A stretch of 32,000 nt of DNA from Geopsychrobacteraceae bacterium (GTDB taxonomy: Bacteria > Desulfobacterota > Desulfuromonadia > Desulfuromonadales > Geopsychrobacteraceae): the NCBI GenBank assembly GCA_963677215.1, contig OY781919.1, positions 2,701,138-2,733,137 of the forward strand, in the 5' to 3' direction. A model generated the notes under the pieces. It saw only the letters and a list, made by a program, of their open reading frames with translations, did no database searches and was not told the DNA's origin. This document shows positions 1 to 9,341 of the stretch, piece by piece; position 1 is the stretch's first letter, and every line of letters starts with the position of its first letter. Position numbers and translations under genes: made by a program.

Positions 1-359
1 TTCAGATGAACGTCAGTTCCGGTTCCTTTGCGGCACCGACCGCAACGGTCGAGATGGAAATCAACGGCAAGATCAAAAAGACGGCCGTGATGGGTGATGG
101 GCCGGTCGATGCGACCTTCAAGGCGATCAAGAAGCTGACCAAAAGCTCCGCACCATTACTCACCTTCACCGTTGGTGCGATCACCGGCGGCACCGATGCT
201 CAGGGGGAGTGTACGGTGCGACTGCAGTGTGAAGATGGCAGTGAGGTGCTTGGTCAGGGGGCGCACCCGGACATCATCGTTGCCAGCGCTAAAGCCTATA
301 TCAATGCATTGAACAGGATTGCCAGTCGTATCACACGTGTCGATACGGTCATGTCTTAG
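1..359 (+). CDS. 2-isopropylmalate synthase / (R)-citramalate synthase family protein, C-terminal regulatory domain only (5' end lies outside the window)
   Basis: Frame 3 is open from the window edge to TAG 357-359. The tail 'GDGPVDATFKAIKKL...VRLQCEDGSEVLGQGAHPDIIVASAKAYINALNRI' fits the LeuA-dimer/allosteric domain pattern. It lies directly upstream of leuCD. LeuA and CimA cannot be told apart from this fragment. Confidence 0.8.
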   Translation, partial: QMNVSSGSFAAPTATVEMEINGKIKKTAVMGDGPVDATFKAIKKLTKSSAPLLTFTVGAITGGTDAQGECTVRLQCEDGSEVLGQGAHPDIIVASAKAYINALNRIASRITRVDTVMS

Positions 360-398
360 AAATGCGACTACATAAAGAGAGAGTGAAAAGGAGTTTTC

Positions 399-1679
399 AT
401 GGGAAAGACATTAGCTGAAAAGATATTTGACAGCCATCTGCGTGATGAGCCGTTTCCAGGGACCAAGGTCTTGAACCTTGACCGGGTACTCTGTCATGAA
501 GTCACTACTCCGGTTGCCATTGCTGATCTGGAATGGCGCAATAAGGATCGTGTCTTCGATCCAAAGAAGATCAAGGTTGTCATCGATCACGTTACTCCGG
601 CCAAGGACAGCAAGACCGCTATCCAGGGAAAAATCGTCCGTGACTGGGCTCGCCGGCACGAGATTCCTGACTTTTTTGATGTTGGTCGCAATGGTGTTTG
701 TCACGCATTGTTTCCAGAAAAAGGGCATATCCGTCCTGGGTTTACTGTCATCATGGGGGATAGTCATACCTGTACTCACGGAGCTTTTGGCGCCTTTGCT
801 GCCGGTGTCGGAACAACTGACCTTGAAGTCGGTATCCTCAAAGGTGTCTGTGCTTTCCGTGAGCCGGAAACCATTCGTGTCAATCTGAACGGTAAGCTGC
901 CGGAAGGCGTCTTTGCCAAAGACGTTATCCTGCACGTCATCTCTTTGCTCGGGGTTAATGGTGCTACCGACAAGGTTATCGAGTTCCGTGGTCCGATCGT
1001 CGAGCAGATGAGCATGGAAGCGAGGATGACCCTGTGCAACATGGCGATTGAAGCTGGCGGGACCTCGGGGGTCTGTATGCCGGACATGGTCACCGTCGAG
1101 TATCTCTGGCCGTTCATCAAGGACGAGTTTGCCAGCAAGGAAGCCGCGCTGGCCGATTATCAGCAGTGGGTCTCTGATGAGGATGCGTCTTACGTCAAGG
1201 TTATGGATATCGATGTGTCGGTTCTTGAGCCTCAGGTCACTTATGATTATAAGCCGGACTGCGTCAAAGACGTCAAGGAACTGGCCGGGACCCCGGTTGA
1301 TCAGATCTATATCGGAACCTGCACCAACGGCCGTATCGAAGACTTGCGTCAGGCCGCTGCTGTTCTCAAGGGCAAGAAGATCGCTGATTCCGTTCGTGCC
1401 ATTGTTTCTCCGGCAACCCCGAAGATCTACAGCGATGCACTGGCTGAAGGGTTGATTCAGATCTTCATGGACGCCGGTTTCTGTGTCACCAACCCGACCT
1501 GTGGCGCTTGTCTGGGGATGAGTAACGGTGTCCTTGCTGAAGGTGAAGTCTGTGCTTCGACCAGTAACCGCAACTTTAACGGTCGTATGGGTAAGGGCGG
1601 CATGGTTCACCTGATGAGTCCTGCAACTGCCGCTGCGACAGCATTGACCGGTGTTATCACCGATGCCAGAACCCTTTAA
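399..1679 (+). CDS. leuC: 3-isopropylmalate dehydratase large subunit (short, type-2/archaeal-like aconitase-family LeuC)
   Basis: AAGGAG RBS lies 6 nt upstream of ATG 399. The 426-aa protein carries Fe-S ligand motifs 'IGTCTNGR' and 'NPTCGACLG' and 'GDSHT'. It is followed by leuD. Confidence 0.93.
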   Translation: MGKTLAEKIFDSHLRDEPFPGTKVLNLDRVLCHEVTTPVAIADLEWRNKDRVFDPKKIKVVIDHVTPAKDSKTAIQGKIVRDWARRHEIPDFFDVGRNGVCHALFPEKGHIRPGFTVIMGDSHTCTHGAFGAFAAGVGTTDLEVGILKGVCAFREPETIRVNLNGKLPEGVFAKDVILHVISLLGVNGATDKVIEFRGPIVEQMSMEARMTLCNMAIEAGGTSGVCMPDMVTVEYLWPFIKDEFASKEAALADYQQWVSDEDASYVKVMDIDVSVLEPQVTYDYKPDCVKDVKELAGTPVDQIYIGTCTNGRIEDLRQAAAVLKGKKIADSVRAIVSPATPKIYSDALAEGLIQIFMDAGFCVTNPTCGACLGMSNGVLAEGEVCASTSNRNFNGRMGKGGMVHLMSPATAAATALTGVITDARTL

Positions 1680-1698
1680 TCGATCAGGAGAGAAAACA

Positions 1699-2229
1699 AT
1701 GCAGAAGACTTTTGGCGGATCGGCAATCTTTCTTGATCGATCCGATATCAACACCGATGAAATCATCCCGGCCAAGTATCTGACCGAGGTTACCAAGGAT
1801 GCTCTGCGTCCTTTTATTCTCGAAGATCTTAAGCTCGACGGGTTTGACCCGAAGGGTGAAATTCTCAAAAATGCATCTGTCGTAGTTACCCGTGAAAACT
1901 TTGGTTGTGGCTCTTCACGTGAGCATGCGCCATGGGTTTTCGAGGTCAATGATGTTCATACCATCATTGCCGAAAGCTACGCGCGGATCTTCCGCCAGAA
2001 TATGTTCAACTGCGGTATGCTCGCTATCGAACTGCCGAAAGAGAACATTGCGGAGCTGGTGGCTTTGCAGCAGCAGGGGCCGGTGAAGATCTCCGTAGAC
2101 CTTGATGCTCAAACTGTAACCGCTGCTTCAGGCGCTAATAGCAAAAGCTACAGATTCGAGATCAGCCCGTTTGATAAGGCCCTGGTCGAGGCTGGCGGCT
2201 GGGTTGAGTTTGCGGATTCCCGCTATTAA
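1699..2229 (+). CDS. leuD: 3-isopropylmalate dehydratase small subunit
   Basis: ATG 1699 follows 'caggagag'; the longer track ORF from 1651 overlaps the leuC end and is unlikely. The 'GCGSSREHAPW' swivel-domain motif is present. 176 aa. Confidence 0.92.
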   Translation: MQKTFGGSAIFLDRSDINTDEIIPAKYLTEVTKDALRPFILEDLKLDGFDPKGEILKNASVVVTRENFGCGSSREHAPWVFEVNDVHTIIAESYARIFRQNMFNCGMLAIELPKENIAELVALQQQGPVKISVDLDAQTVTAASGANSKSYRFEISPFDKALVEAGGWVEFADSRY

Positions 2230-2251
2230 GAAGTCCTGCTGACCGGGCTTG

Positions 2252-2287
2252 ATAGGCAGCCGCATTGCGGCTGCCTATTTTATTTTG
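2252..2287 (+). terminator. Rho-independent terminator after leuD
   Basis: Perfect 12-bp stem: ataggcagccgc (2252-2263) pairs with gcggctgcctat (2267-2278) around a 3-nt loop. It is followed by tttatttt. Confidence 0.85.
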
Positions 2288-2309
2288 CAAAGCGGGTAAT
2301 CGCTTGCAA
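2285..2309. promoter_or_regulatory. Imperfect inverted repeat TTGCAAAGCG-N6-CGCTTGCAA upstream of the leuB promoter (possible regulator site)
   Basis: Arms at 2285-2294 and 2301-2309 are complementary except for one extra A. The centre lies about 27 bp upstream of the -35 hexamer at 2321. Confidence 0.3.
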
Positions 2310-2320
2310 GGCGAAAAAGT

Positions 2321-2349
2321 TTGACAAAAAAAAGACCGCTTTCTATAGT
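2321..2349 (+). promoter_or_regulatory. Sigma70-type promoter for leuB
   Basis: TTGACA (2321-2326), 17-nt spacer, TATAGT (2344-2349). It sits between the leuD terminator and leuB. Confidence 0.6.
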
Positions 2350-2354
2350 TTTAG

Positions 2355-3497
<1,143 letters not shown>

Positions 3498-3513
3498 TAG
3501 GCACCCCTGTATT

Positions 3514-3548
3514 GCGGCAGAACCTGCGGGTTCTGCCGCGATTTATTC
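3514..3548 (+). terminator. Hairpin terminator/attenuator after leuB
   Basis: 11-bp stem: gcggcagaacc (3514-3524) pairs with ggttctgccgc (3529-3539) around loop tgcg. The trailing T tract is interrupted (gatttattc), so termination may be partial. Confidence 0.6.
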
Positions 3549-3560
3549 AGGTGAGACGCA

Positions 3561-4313
3561 ATGACGGAAGGACTCTTTGTTCCGGGGGAGGGGCTCTATT
3601 ATCGACTCGACCCACGGCTTAAGCTGATCATGACTCTGGTCCTGATGATTGCGCTCTTTTCAGCGAACGGTTTCGTTCGTCCCTTACTGATTTTTCTGGC
3701 CTGGCTCGGTTTTTCCACTCTGAATTTCGTCAAGCTCAAGCAGTTATGGAAATTTGTCAGACTGCTGCGCTGGCTACTTCTCTTTACCCTGCTTCTTCAT
3801 TTGCTTCTGACGCCGGGCCGTGCGCTATTGGGCAGCAGCTGGGTAAGTTATGATGGTTTGCTGCGTGGAGTGCTGATCGATCTCCAGCTGGTCTTGGCCG
3901 TAGGTCTGTCCCTCGCTCTGGCCTGGACAACCCACCCTGTGCAGCTGGCCAGAGCCGGTGCCGCTCTGTTGGCGCCACTGCAATCTTTCAAGGTCCCGGT
4001 CCGGGAGATTGCCGATCTGGTTCCGCTGGTGCTCTATTTTATTCCGTCACTGCAACAAGAGGTCGAGCAGCTGAAAAGAGAGCGGGATGGCGAGATGGAT
4101 ATGACTCATTCGCTCTGGGTTCGCTGGCAGACGAGAGTTGAACTTCTGATCGGGCGCATGCTTGACCGCGGCGATCAGTTGGCTCGGCAGATTGCCGATG
4201 GTGACGATTATATGGCAGGAACGCTTCCGCATGAACCGTTCTCATTTGATCGGACCAGCGCATTGGCCGCTATTGTCGCTCTGGTTTTCTGTACTGCTCT
4301 GTTTATGGTGTGA
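3561..4313 (+). CDS. EcfT/CbiQ-family energy-coupling-factor transporter transmembrane component (no ATPase genes adjacent)
   Basis: 'aggtgag' RBS. The 250-aa polytopic membrane protein has the family-typical N-terminus 'YYRLDPRLKLIMTLVLMIALF' and a charged cytoplasmic helix region near the C-terminus. It occupies the ecfT position upstream of truA-rplM-rpsI. Confidence 0.65.
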   Translation: MTEGLFVPGEGLYYRLDPRLKLIMTLVLMIALFSANGFVRPLLIFLAWLGFSTLNFVKLKQLWKFVRLLRWLLLFTLLLHLLLTPGRALLGSSWVSYDGLLRGVLIDLQLVLAVGLSLALAWTTHPVQLARAGAALLAPLQSFKVPVREIADLVPLVLYFIPSLQQEVEQLKRERDGEMDMTHSLWVRWQTRVELLIGRMLDRGDQLARQIADGDDYMAGTLPHEPFSFDRTSALAAIVALVFCTALFMV

Positions 4314-4314
4314 A

Positions 4315-5049
4315 ATGATTAAGGTTAAATTGACAGTCGCTTATGATGGAACCGACTATGTCGGCTGGCAGTATCAGCCTAACGGGATCTCTGTTCAGCA
4401 ATGTCTGGAGCAGGCGCTGGCCAAGCTGACGGGGCAGGTGCATGCCGTTTACTCCTCCGGACGCACCGATGCCGGTGTGCATGCTCTGGGGATGATCTGC
4501 CATTTTCAGACCGAGCGCCAGTTGCCGCTCAAGGCCTGGCGGGAAGGGTTGAACAGTCATCTGCCGCAGGATATTGCTGTACGTGAGGCTGAATTTGTCG
4601 ATCCCGAATTTCATGCCCGGTTCAGCGCCGTTGGCAAACACTATCGCTATACAATCCTGCGTGATACCATCCGTCAGCCGCTGGAACGCCGGACAAGCTG
4701 GCAGGTCAAGGCTGAGCTTGATATGGATCTGATGCGTCAGGCGGCGGCAGCCCTGGTCGGTCGCCATGATTTTGCAGCGTTCAGGACGACGGGCTGTGCA
4801 GCGGAAACGACGATTCGCGAGATCTTTACTGTCGAGATGTCCGAGCAGGGAACCCTGCTGTTCATCGACGTGCACGGCGGCGGGTTTCTGAAAAACATGG
4901 TTCGGATGATTGTCGGTACCCTGGTCGAGGTCGGACGGGGCAAGCGGCATCCTGCCGTTGTTTCTGAGATGCTGCTGAATTCCGCTTCGTGCCTGCCTGC
5001 ACTGACAGCGCCGGCACATGGTCTCTGTCTCATCAGCGTCAGCTATTGA
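4315..5049 (+). CDS. truA: tRNA pseudouridine(38-40) synthase
   Basis: ATG 4315 lies 1 nt after the upstream TGA (4311-4313). 'MIKVKLTVAYDGTDYVGWQYQ' and the catalytic-Asp motif 'GRTDAGVHA' are present. The track ORF start at 4162 is an out-of-context extension overlapping the upstream gene. Confidence 0.93.
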   Translation: MIKVKLTVAYDGTDYVGWQYQPNGISVQQCLEQALAKLTGQVHAVYSSGRTDAGVHALGMICHFQTERQLPLKAWREGLNSHLPQDIAVREAEFVDPEFHARFSAVGKHYRYTILRDTIRQPLERRTSWQVKAELDMDLMRQAAAALVGRHDFAAFRTTGCAAETTIREIFTVEMSEQGTLLFIDVHGGGFLKNMVRMIVGTLVEVGRGKRHPAVVSEMLLNSASCLPALTAPAHGLCLISVSY

Positions 5050-5111
5050 GGCGGTATATAATAGCTATTTACAGGCCTGTCAGGCGGGCTTGATTTTGCT
5101 CAAGAATTTAC

Positions 5112-5140
5112 TTGACAGCTTGGGGGGACTCGGATAGATT
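5112..5140 (+). promoter_or_regulatory. Sigma70-type promoter for rplM-rpsI
   Basis: TTGACA (5112-5117), 17-nt spacer, TAGATT (5135-5140). Confidence 0.55.
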
Positions 5141-5196
5141 TACCGCTTTGTGAGCCCCACAAACCCTTTAGAGAAATAATTTTGGAGAGGAATGCG

Positions 5197-5625
5197 ATGA
5201 GTACACTGGTCGCTAAGGAACAGGACATAAAGAGACAGTGGTACGTTGTCGATCTGGAGGACGTAGTTCTTGGTCGTGCAGCTACCGAGATTGCCCGTGT
5301 TTTGCGCGGAAAGCATAAAGCAATTTTTAGCCCGAGCGTTGACACTGGCGATTTTGTCATTGTTCTTAATGCTGACAAGGTCAAAATGACCGGAAATAAA
5401 CTGGCTGCAAAGAAATATTACAGCTATTCCGGATACAAAGGCGGTCTGAAAGAGATTACTGCAGAGAAGCAGCTGCAGAAAAAACCTGAGATGGTTGTAC
5501 AGGCTGCTGTTAAAGGTATGCTGCCGAAGAACAAACTCGGCCGCCAAATGTTCCGTAAACTCAAGGTCTACGCTGGTGGTGAGCATCCACACACTGCCCA
5601 GCAGCCTAAAGAATTGAAGTTTTAA
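5197..5625 (+). CDS. rplM: 50S ribosomal protein L13
   Basis: GGAGAGG RBS ends 6 nt before ATG 5197. 'KRQWYVVD' and the overall L13 pattern are present. 142 aa. Confidence 0.96.
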   Translation: MSTLVAKEQDIKRQWYVVDLEDVVLGRAATEIARVLRGKHKAIFSPSVDTGDFVIVLNADKVKMTGNKLAAKKYYSYSGYKGGLKEITAEKQLQKKPEMVVQAAVKGMLPKNKLGRQMFRKLKVYAGGEHPHTAQQPKELKF

Positions 5626-5641
5626 CCAGGGAGATAGCTAG

Positions 5642-6034
5642 ATGGCTGAGCAGAAGTTTTATGCAACTGGTAAAAGAAAAACATCGATCGCCCGCGTCTG
5701 GATGAAGCCGGGTACCGGTGTAATCACCGTCAACAAGCGTCCTCTGGATGATTTCTTCGGTCGCGAGACCTCCAAGATGGTTGTCCGTCAGCCGCTTGAA
5801 CTGACCGAGAACATGGGTAAGTTCGATATCAGCGTCAACGTCTGTGGCGGTGGTGCCTCCGGTCAGGCCGGTGCTATCAAGCACGGCATCACCAAGGCTC
5901 TGCTTGAGGTCGATCCTGCCCTGCGTGACGTCCTCAAGAAAGCTGGCTTCATTACCCGTGACAGCCGCGTGAAAGAACGTAAAAAATACGGTCGCGCTGC
6001 TGCTCGTCGGAGTTTCCAGTTCTCCAAGCGTTAA
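5642..6034 (+). CDS. rpsI: 30S ribosomal protein S9
   Basis: 130 aa with '[15 protein letters not shown]' and the classic C-terminus '[10 protein letters not shown]'. Confidence 0.97.
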   Translation: MAEQKFYATGKRKTSIARVWMKPGTGVITVNKRPLDDFFGRETSKMVVRQPLELTENMGKFDISVNVCGGGASGQAGAIKHGITKALLEVDPALRDVLKKAGFITRDSRVKERKKYGRAAARRSFQFSKR

Positions 6035-6070
6035 TCGATCTATCGTTTACGCAGAGATTGCATTACTGTC

Positions 6071-6103
6071 AAAAGGGAAGCCCTGTGTGGGTTTCCCTTT
6101 TTT
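6071..6103 (+). terminator. Rho-independent terminator after rpsI
   Basis: gggaagccc (6075-6083) pairs with gggtttccc (6089-6097), with one G-U pair. It is flanked by aaaa and tttttt. Confidence 0.8.
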
Positions 6104-6119
6104 CGTTAAGGAGATGGTT

Positions 6120-7157
6120 ATGATCAAGGTCGCTGTTGTTGGTGCCAGTGGTTACACTGGTGTTGAGCTGTTAAGAATTCTTGTCGGTCATCCTGAGGTT
6201 GAGGTTGTCTGTGTTACCTCGCGGCAGCATGAGGGCGTACCTATCAATCAGGTATTCCCCTCCTTGACCGGTTTCTGCAATCTGGCCTGTGAGCCTCTTG
6301 ATGTTGCCAGTATCTCTGAGCGAGTTGACCTTGTGTTTACCGCGCTGCCGCACAAGTCGGCCATGGAGGTGATCCCCGACTTTCTGGCGGCAGGCTGTAA
6401 GGTTGTCGATCTGTCGGCGGATTACCGTCTCAAGGATCAGGCAGTTTATGAAGCTTGGTACCAGCAGCACAGCAGTCCGGAGCTGCTGTCCACGGCTGTT
6501 TACGGTTTGCCGGAGCTTTATCGTGAGCAGGTGAAGACTGCAACACTGGTTGCCAACCCGGGTTGCTATCCGACCAGCATTATTCTCGGTCTGGCGCCGC
6601 TGCTCAAGAACACCCTGATCGACACCACAACCCTGATTGCAGACAGCAAATCCGGAACCAGTGGTGCCGGTCGCAGTGCCAAGCAGGGGAGTCTGTTCTG
6701 TGAGGTGAATGAAGGCTTCAAGGCATATTCCGTTGGCGCTCACCGGCATACCCCTGAGATTGAACAGGAGCTGTCGCTGTTGGCTGGTGTATCGGTCGAG
6801 CTGAATTTTACTCCGCATTTGTTGCCGATCAATCGGGGCATTCTGTCAACCAGCTATGCCAAGCTGACCAGAAAGGCTTCGACGGCCGATCTGCTGGCAC
6901 TCTATCGTGAGTTTTATCAGGGGGAGACCTTTGTCCGCATCATGCCGGGTGAAGAATTACCCAATGTGGCTTATCTGTCCGGAACCAATTTCTGTGACAT
7001 CGGTCTGGTCAGTGATGAACGGACCGGCAGGGTCATTGTCGTTTCAGCCATTGATAATCTGGTCAAGGGGGCGGCCGGTCAGGCGGTGCAGAACATGAAT
7101 GTCCTGTTCGGTCTCAAGGAGTCTCTGGGGCTGGCAATCGTTCCGCCATTCCCCTGA
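6120..7157 (+). CDS. argC: N-acetyl-gamma-glutamyl-phosphate reductase
   Basis: AAGGAG (6108-6113) precedes ATG 6120. '[15 protein letters not shown]' Rossmann motif and catalytic Cys motif 'NPGCYPT'. 345 aa. Confidence 0.94.
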   Translation: MIKVAVVGASGYTGVELLRILVGHPEVEVVCVTSRQHEGVPINQVFPSLTGFCNLACEPLDVASISERVDLVFTALPHKSAMEVIPDFLAAGCKVVDLSADYRLKDQAVYEAWYQQHSSPELLSTAVYGLPELYREQVKTATLVANPGCYPTSIILGLAPLLKNTLIDTTTLIADSKSGTSGAGRSAKQGSLFCEVNEGFKAYSVGAHRHTPEIEQELSLLAGVSVELNFTPHLLPINRGILSTSYAKLTRKASTADLLALYREFYQGETFVRIMPGEELPNVAYLSGTNFCDIGLVSDERTGRVIVVSAIDNLVKGAAGQAVQNMNVLFGLKESLGLAIVPPFP

Positions 7158-7250
7158 TCCTCAGTTTTTGAACATCCTGCTGGCATTTTCGCAGCGCAGT
7201 AGGTAATATTTGTAGTTATTTCATTGGCAAGTTTTTATTGTTGAGGTCAT

Positions 7251-9341
7251 ATGCTGGACTCCGGTCTTCAGGTTCTTGGCTGTCAGGTTGAAGAGCTGAT
7301 CGCTTCAAATTCTGTCTACGATACTTATTCCGTCACGGCAGCAGATGGAACGAGACGTCGTCTGTTGCTTTTTTTCTCTGAAGATCTGAAGGAAAAGTCG
7401 CGCAGGCAGTCATCAGCCGTACTGGTGACGCGGCTTGCAGGACAGGATTTCAGCCAGGTTGTCCTTCCTCTTGAAGCCGGCGAGGTCGGCGAACATTTTG
7501 TCTGTCTCTGGCCGGAGCTGAGCGGTTCTGCATTGTCTGATCTGGAGGACTTGCCGCTGGCAGTGAATCAGGCTCTCGCGTTGGTTCGTCAGATTGCCGC
7601 GGCACTGATTGTCCCGCATGCCGCCAATTTTATTCATGGCGCACTCTCTTCACAGAATGTTCGTCTGCAAGGCGAAGATGTTCTGCTCTTCGATTTCGGC
7701 CTGGGTAAGATTTCCCCCCTCGACTTCAATTCAGGGATTGATCCCCAATGGATCAGCCCGGAGCAGGTGCGAGGCGAGGCGTATGGGCCGCCGGCTGATG
7801 TCTATGCCTTGGGTTGTCTCCTCTATTTTCTGTTGACGGGCACGCCACCGTTCAAGGAGAACGAGCCATTTTACATCGCCGTCCAGCGCTTGCATGAGGC
7901 TTTTCCACAACTGCCGGCCTCACTGCATCAGTGTCAGCCTCTGCTCGCAAAGCTGGTAGCTCCGCTACCCGAACGGCGCCCGGTTGCGGCGGAGATTGTC
8001 GCTGAAATCGATCAGCTGCTCGAGTCCATGACTGTTGCTGCGCAGGATGTTGAGTCTGCCGATGAGATTGAGGGCGAGTCAGAACCAGATAACGTTGCTG
8101 AGGTCGATGAAAATCTGAGTGCAGATATTGCCGCCAAGATTGAGGCTCGACTTAAGGCTCTGGAAGAAGAGACTGTACCTCTTCCGGGGCAGGTCAGTAC
8201 CGCTTTTGCTCAGCCTGACTCTGCCGATGACAGTCTGGCCTGCCGGGAGAGCAGGAGGCGAACTTCAGGCTGGAGACCCGTATTGCTGCTTCTGCTTGGA
8301 GTTGTCATCGGTGTCGTCGTCTATGCCCTGTACAGCGAACAACCGAGCGGACCTGCAGGTTCTGCCGCTGGTGGTACTGAGGATCCTCTTCTCTCTGAAC
8401 TGCAGAATGCCATCGGGCTGTGGCAGAATCAGGAGCAGCAGGCTGCCATTGTTCAGTTGCTCGGTCTGATCCAGGATTATCCTGAAGATCCTCGTGCCTA
8501 TAACGATCTTGCGGCAATTCGAGTTGCTCAGGGAAATTACGAAGAGGCTCGTACTTTGCTGGAACAGGCTTTGAATACCAGCCGTGATTATGCGACGGTC
8601 TACAATAATCTGGCTGCCGTCTATAGTGAGATGGCCAGGGCCTCCTATGGCAGAGCCCTGCAGTTGACCGATGAAAAACGGAACTTTGCTCTTGTGCTTA
8701 TCCCGCAGGTGCAAGGTCCTTCTGTCGCCACGGCAGCTTACCCGCAGGATGAGGCCGATGCCGGTTCCGCAACGGACTCTGCTTCTGTCAATGGGCCTCA
8801 GACTGTTGCTGTTGCTGCAGTTGAGAAGGCTGCTCCATTGCAATCTCAGGACAATCAACCAGAACAGCTCGCTGCCTCCGTAGAGCAGCCTGCCGATGTT
8901 CCGATGATGGCTTCTGAACCGGAACCGGAGCTGGAGTTGGAGTCTCAACAGGAGCCCTCCAGTGCTTTCGGACAGGAACAGCCGTCAGCCGTAATGACTG
9001 CAGCTGAGGCCTTTCTTGCCTCCTGGGCCGAAGCCTGGTCGCGGCAGGATGTTGAGTCCTATCTCGCTCATTACGCAGACGATTTTATACCGCGTAGCGG
9101 GGTGACAAGAGAACGTTGGGAACTGCAGCGCCGCAGTCGCCTGGCGAACCCCTCGGCCATTCAGGTCTCGCTGAAAAATTACGCCCTTGTCAAACAGGCA
9201 GAGGACCTGCTGACGATTGACGTCGAGCAGGTCTATGTCAGTGACGTCTATTCCGATCTGACGCGTAAGCGTTTTGAGTTGCGCAAGTTGTCTGGTGGAT
9301 TCGAGATCGTCCGTGAACATTCTCTTGAGGTGATTCGTTGA
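7251..9341 (+). CDS. Membrane-spanning protein: N-terminal Hanks-type kinase fold with degenerate catalytic residues (predicted pseudokinase), 1 TM helix, TPR-like repeats, acidic linker, C-terminal ~110-aa domain shared with the downstream gene
   Basis: GAGG RBS before ATG 7251. 'FIHGALSSQNVRL' sits where HRDLKPxN is expected. 'FDFGLGK' (DFG), 'ISPEQVRG' (APE-like) and 'DVYALGCLLYFLLTGTPPF' are present. TM helix 'WRPVLLLLLGVVIGVVVYALY' spans aa 342-361. A TPR-like segment reads 'AYNDLAAIRVAQGNYEEARTLLEQALNTSRDYATVYNNLAAVY'. Confidence 0.8.
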   Translation: MLDSGLQVLGCQVEELIASNSVYDTYSVTAADGTRRRLLLFFSEDLKEKSRRQSSAVLVTRLAGQDFSQVVLPLEAGEVGEHFVCLWPELSGSALSDLEDLPLAVNQALALVRQIAAALIVPHAANFIHGALSSQNVRLQGEDVLLFDFGLGKISPLDFNSGIDPQWISPEQVRGEAYGPPADVYALGCLLYFLLTGTPPFKENEPFYIAVQRLHEAFPQLPASLHQCQPLLAKLVAPLPERRPVAAEIVAEIDQLLESMTVAAQDVESADEIEGESEPDNVAEVDENLSADIAAKIEARLKALEEETVPLPGQVSTAFAQPDSADDSLACRESRRRTSGWRPVLLLLLGVVIGVVVYALYSEQPSGPAGSAAGGTEDPLLSELQNAIGLWQNQEQQAAIVQLLGLIQDYPEDPRAYNDLAAIRVAQGNYEEARTLLEQALNTSRDYATVYNNLAAVYSEMARASYGRALQLTDEKRNFALVLIPQVQGPSVATAAYPQDEADAGSATDSASVNGPQTVAVAAVEKAAPLQSQDNQPEQLAASVEQPADVPMMASEPEPELELESQQEPSSAFGQEQPSAVMTAAEAFLASWAEAWSRQDVESYLAHYADDFIPRSGVTRERWELQRRSRLANPSAIQVSLKNYALVKQAEDLLTIDVEQVYVSDVYSDLTRKRFELRKLSGGFEIVREHSLEVIR

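Noticed and set aside
411-1949. 512-aa ORF antisense to leuC/leuD
   Set aside because: The opposite strand encodes unmistakable LeuC/LeuD. The antisense translation is low-complexity (R/S/G/D-rich) with no RBS. Long stop-free antisense frames are expected in GC-biased coding DNA.
4162-4314. N-terminal extension of truA overlapping the ecfT-like gene
   Set aside because: The extension is out of frame with, and fully inside, the upstream membrane-protein gene. Conserved TruA sequence begins at 'MIKVKLTVAYDG' (ATG 4315).
7181-7196. Sigma54-like element TGGCAT-N5-CAGC upstream of the pseudokinase gene
   Set aside because: The GG and GC dinucleotides have the correct 10-nt spacing, but the -12 box lacks the TTGC core. 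That is too weak to call. A TAATAT at 7204-7209 is an equally weak sigma70 alternative.
8718-8996. Acidic Pro/Glu/Gln-rich stretch ('EPEPELELESQQEP') suggesting a DNA tandem repeat or insertion
   Set aside because: It is only short dipeptide-level low complexity inside an intact reading frame. I interpret it as a disordered linker between the TPR and C-terminal domains, not an independent element.
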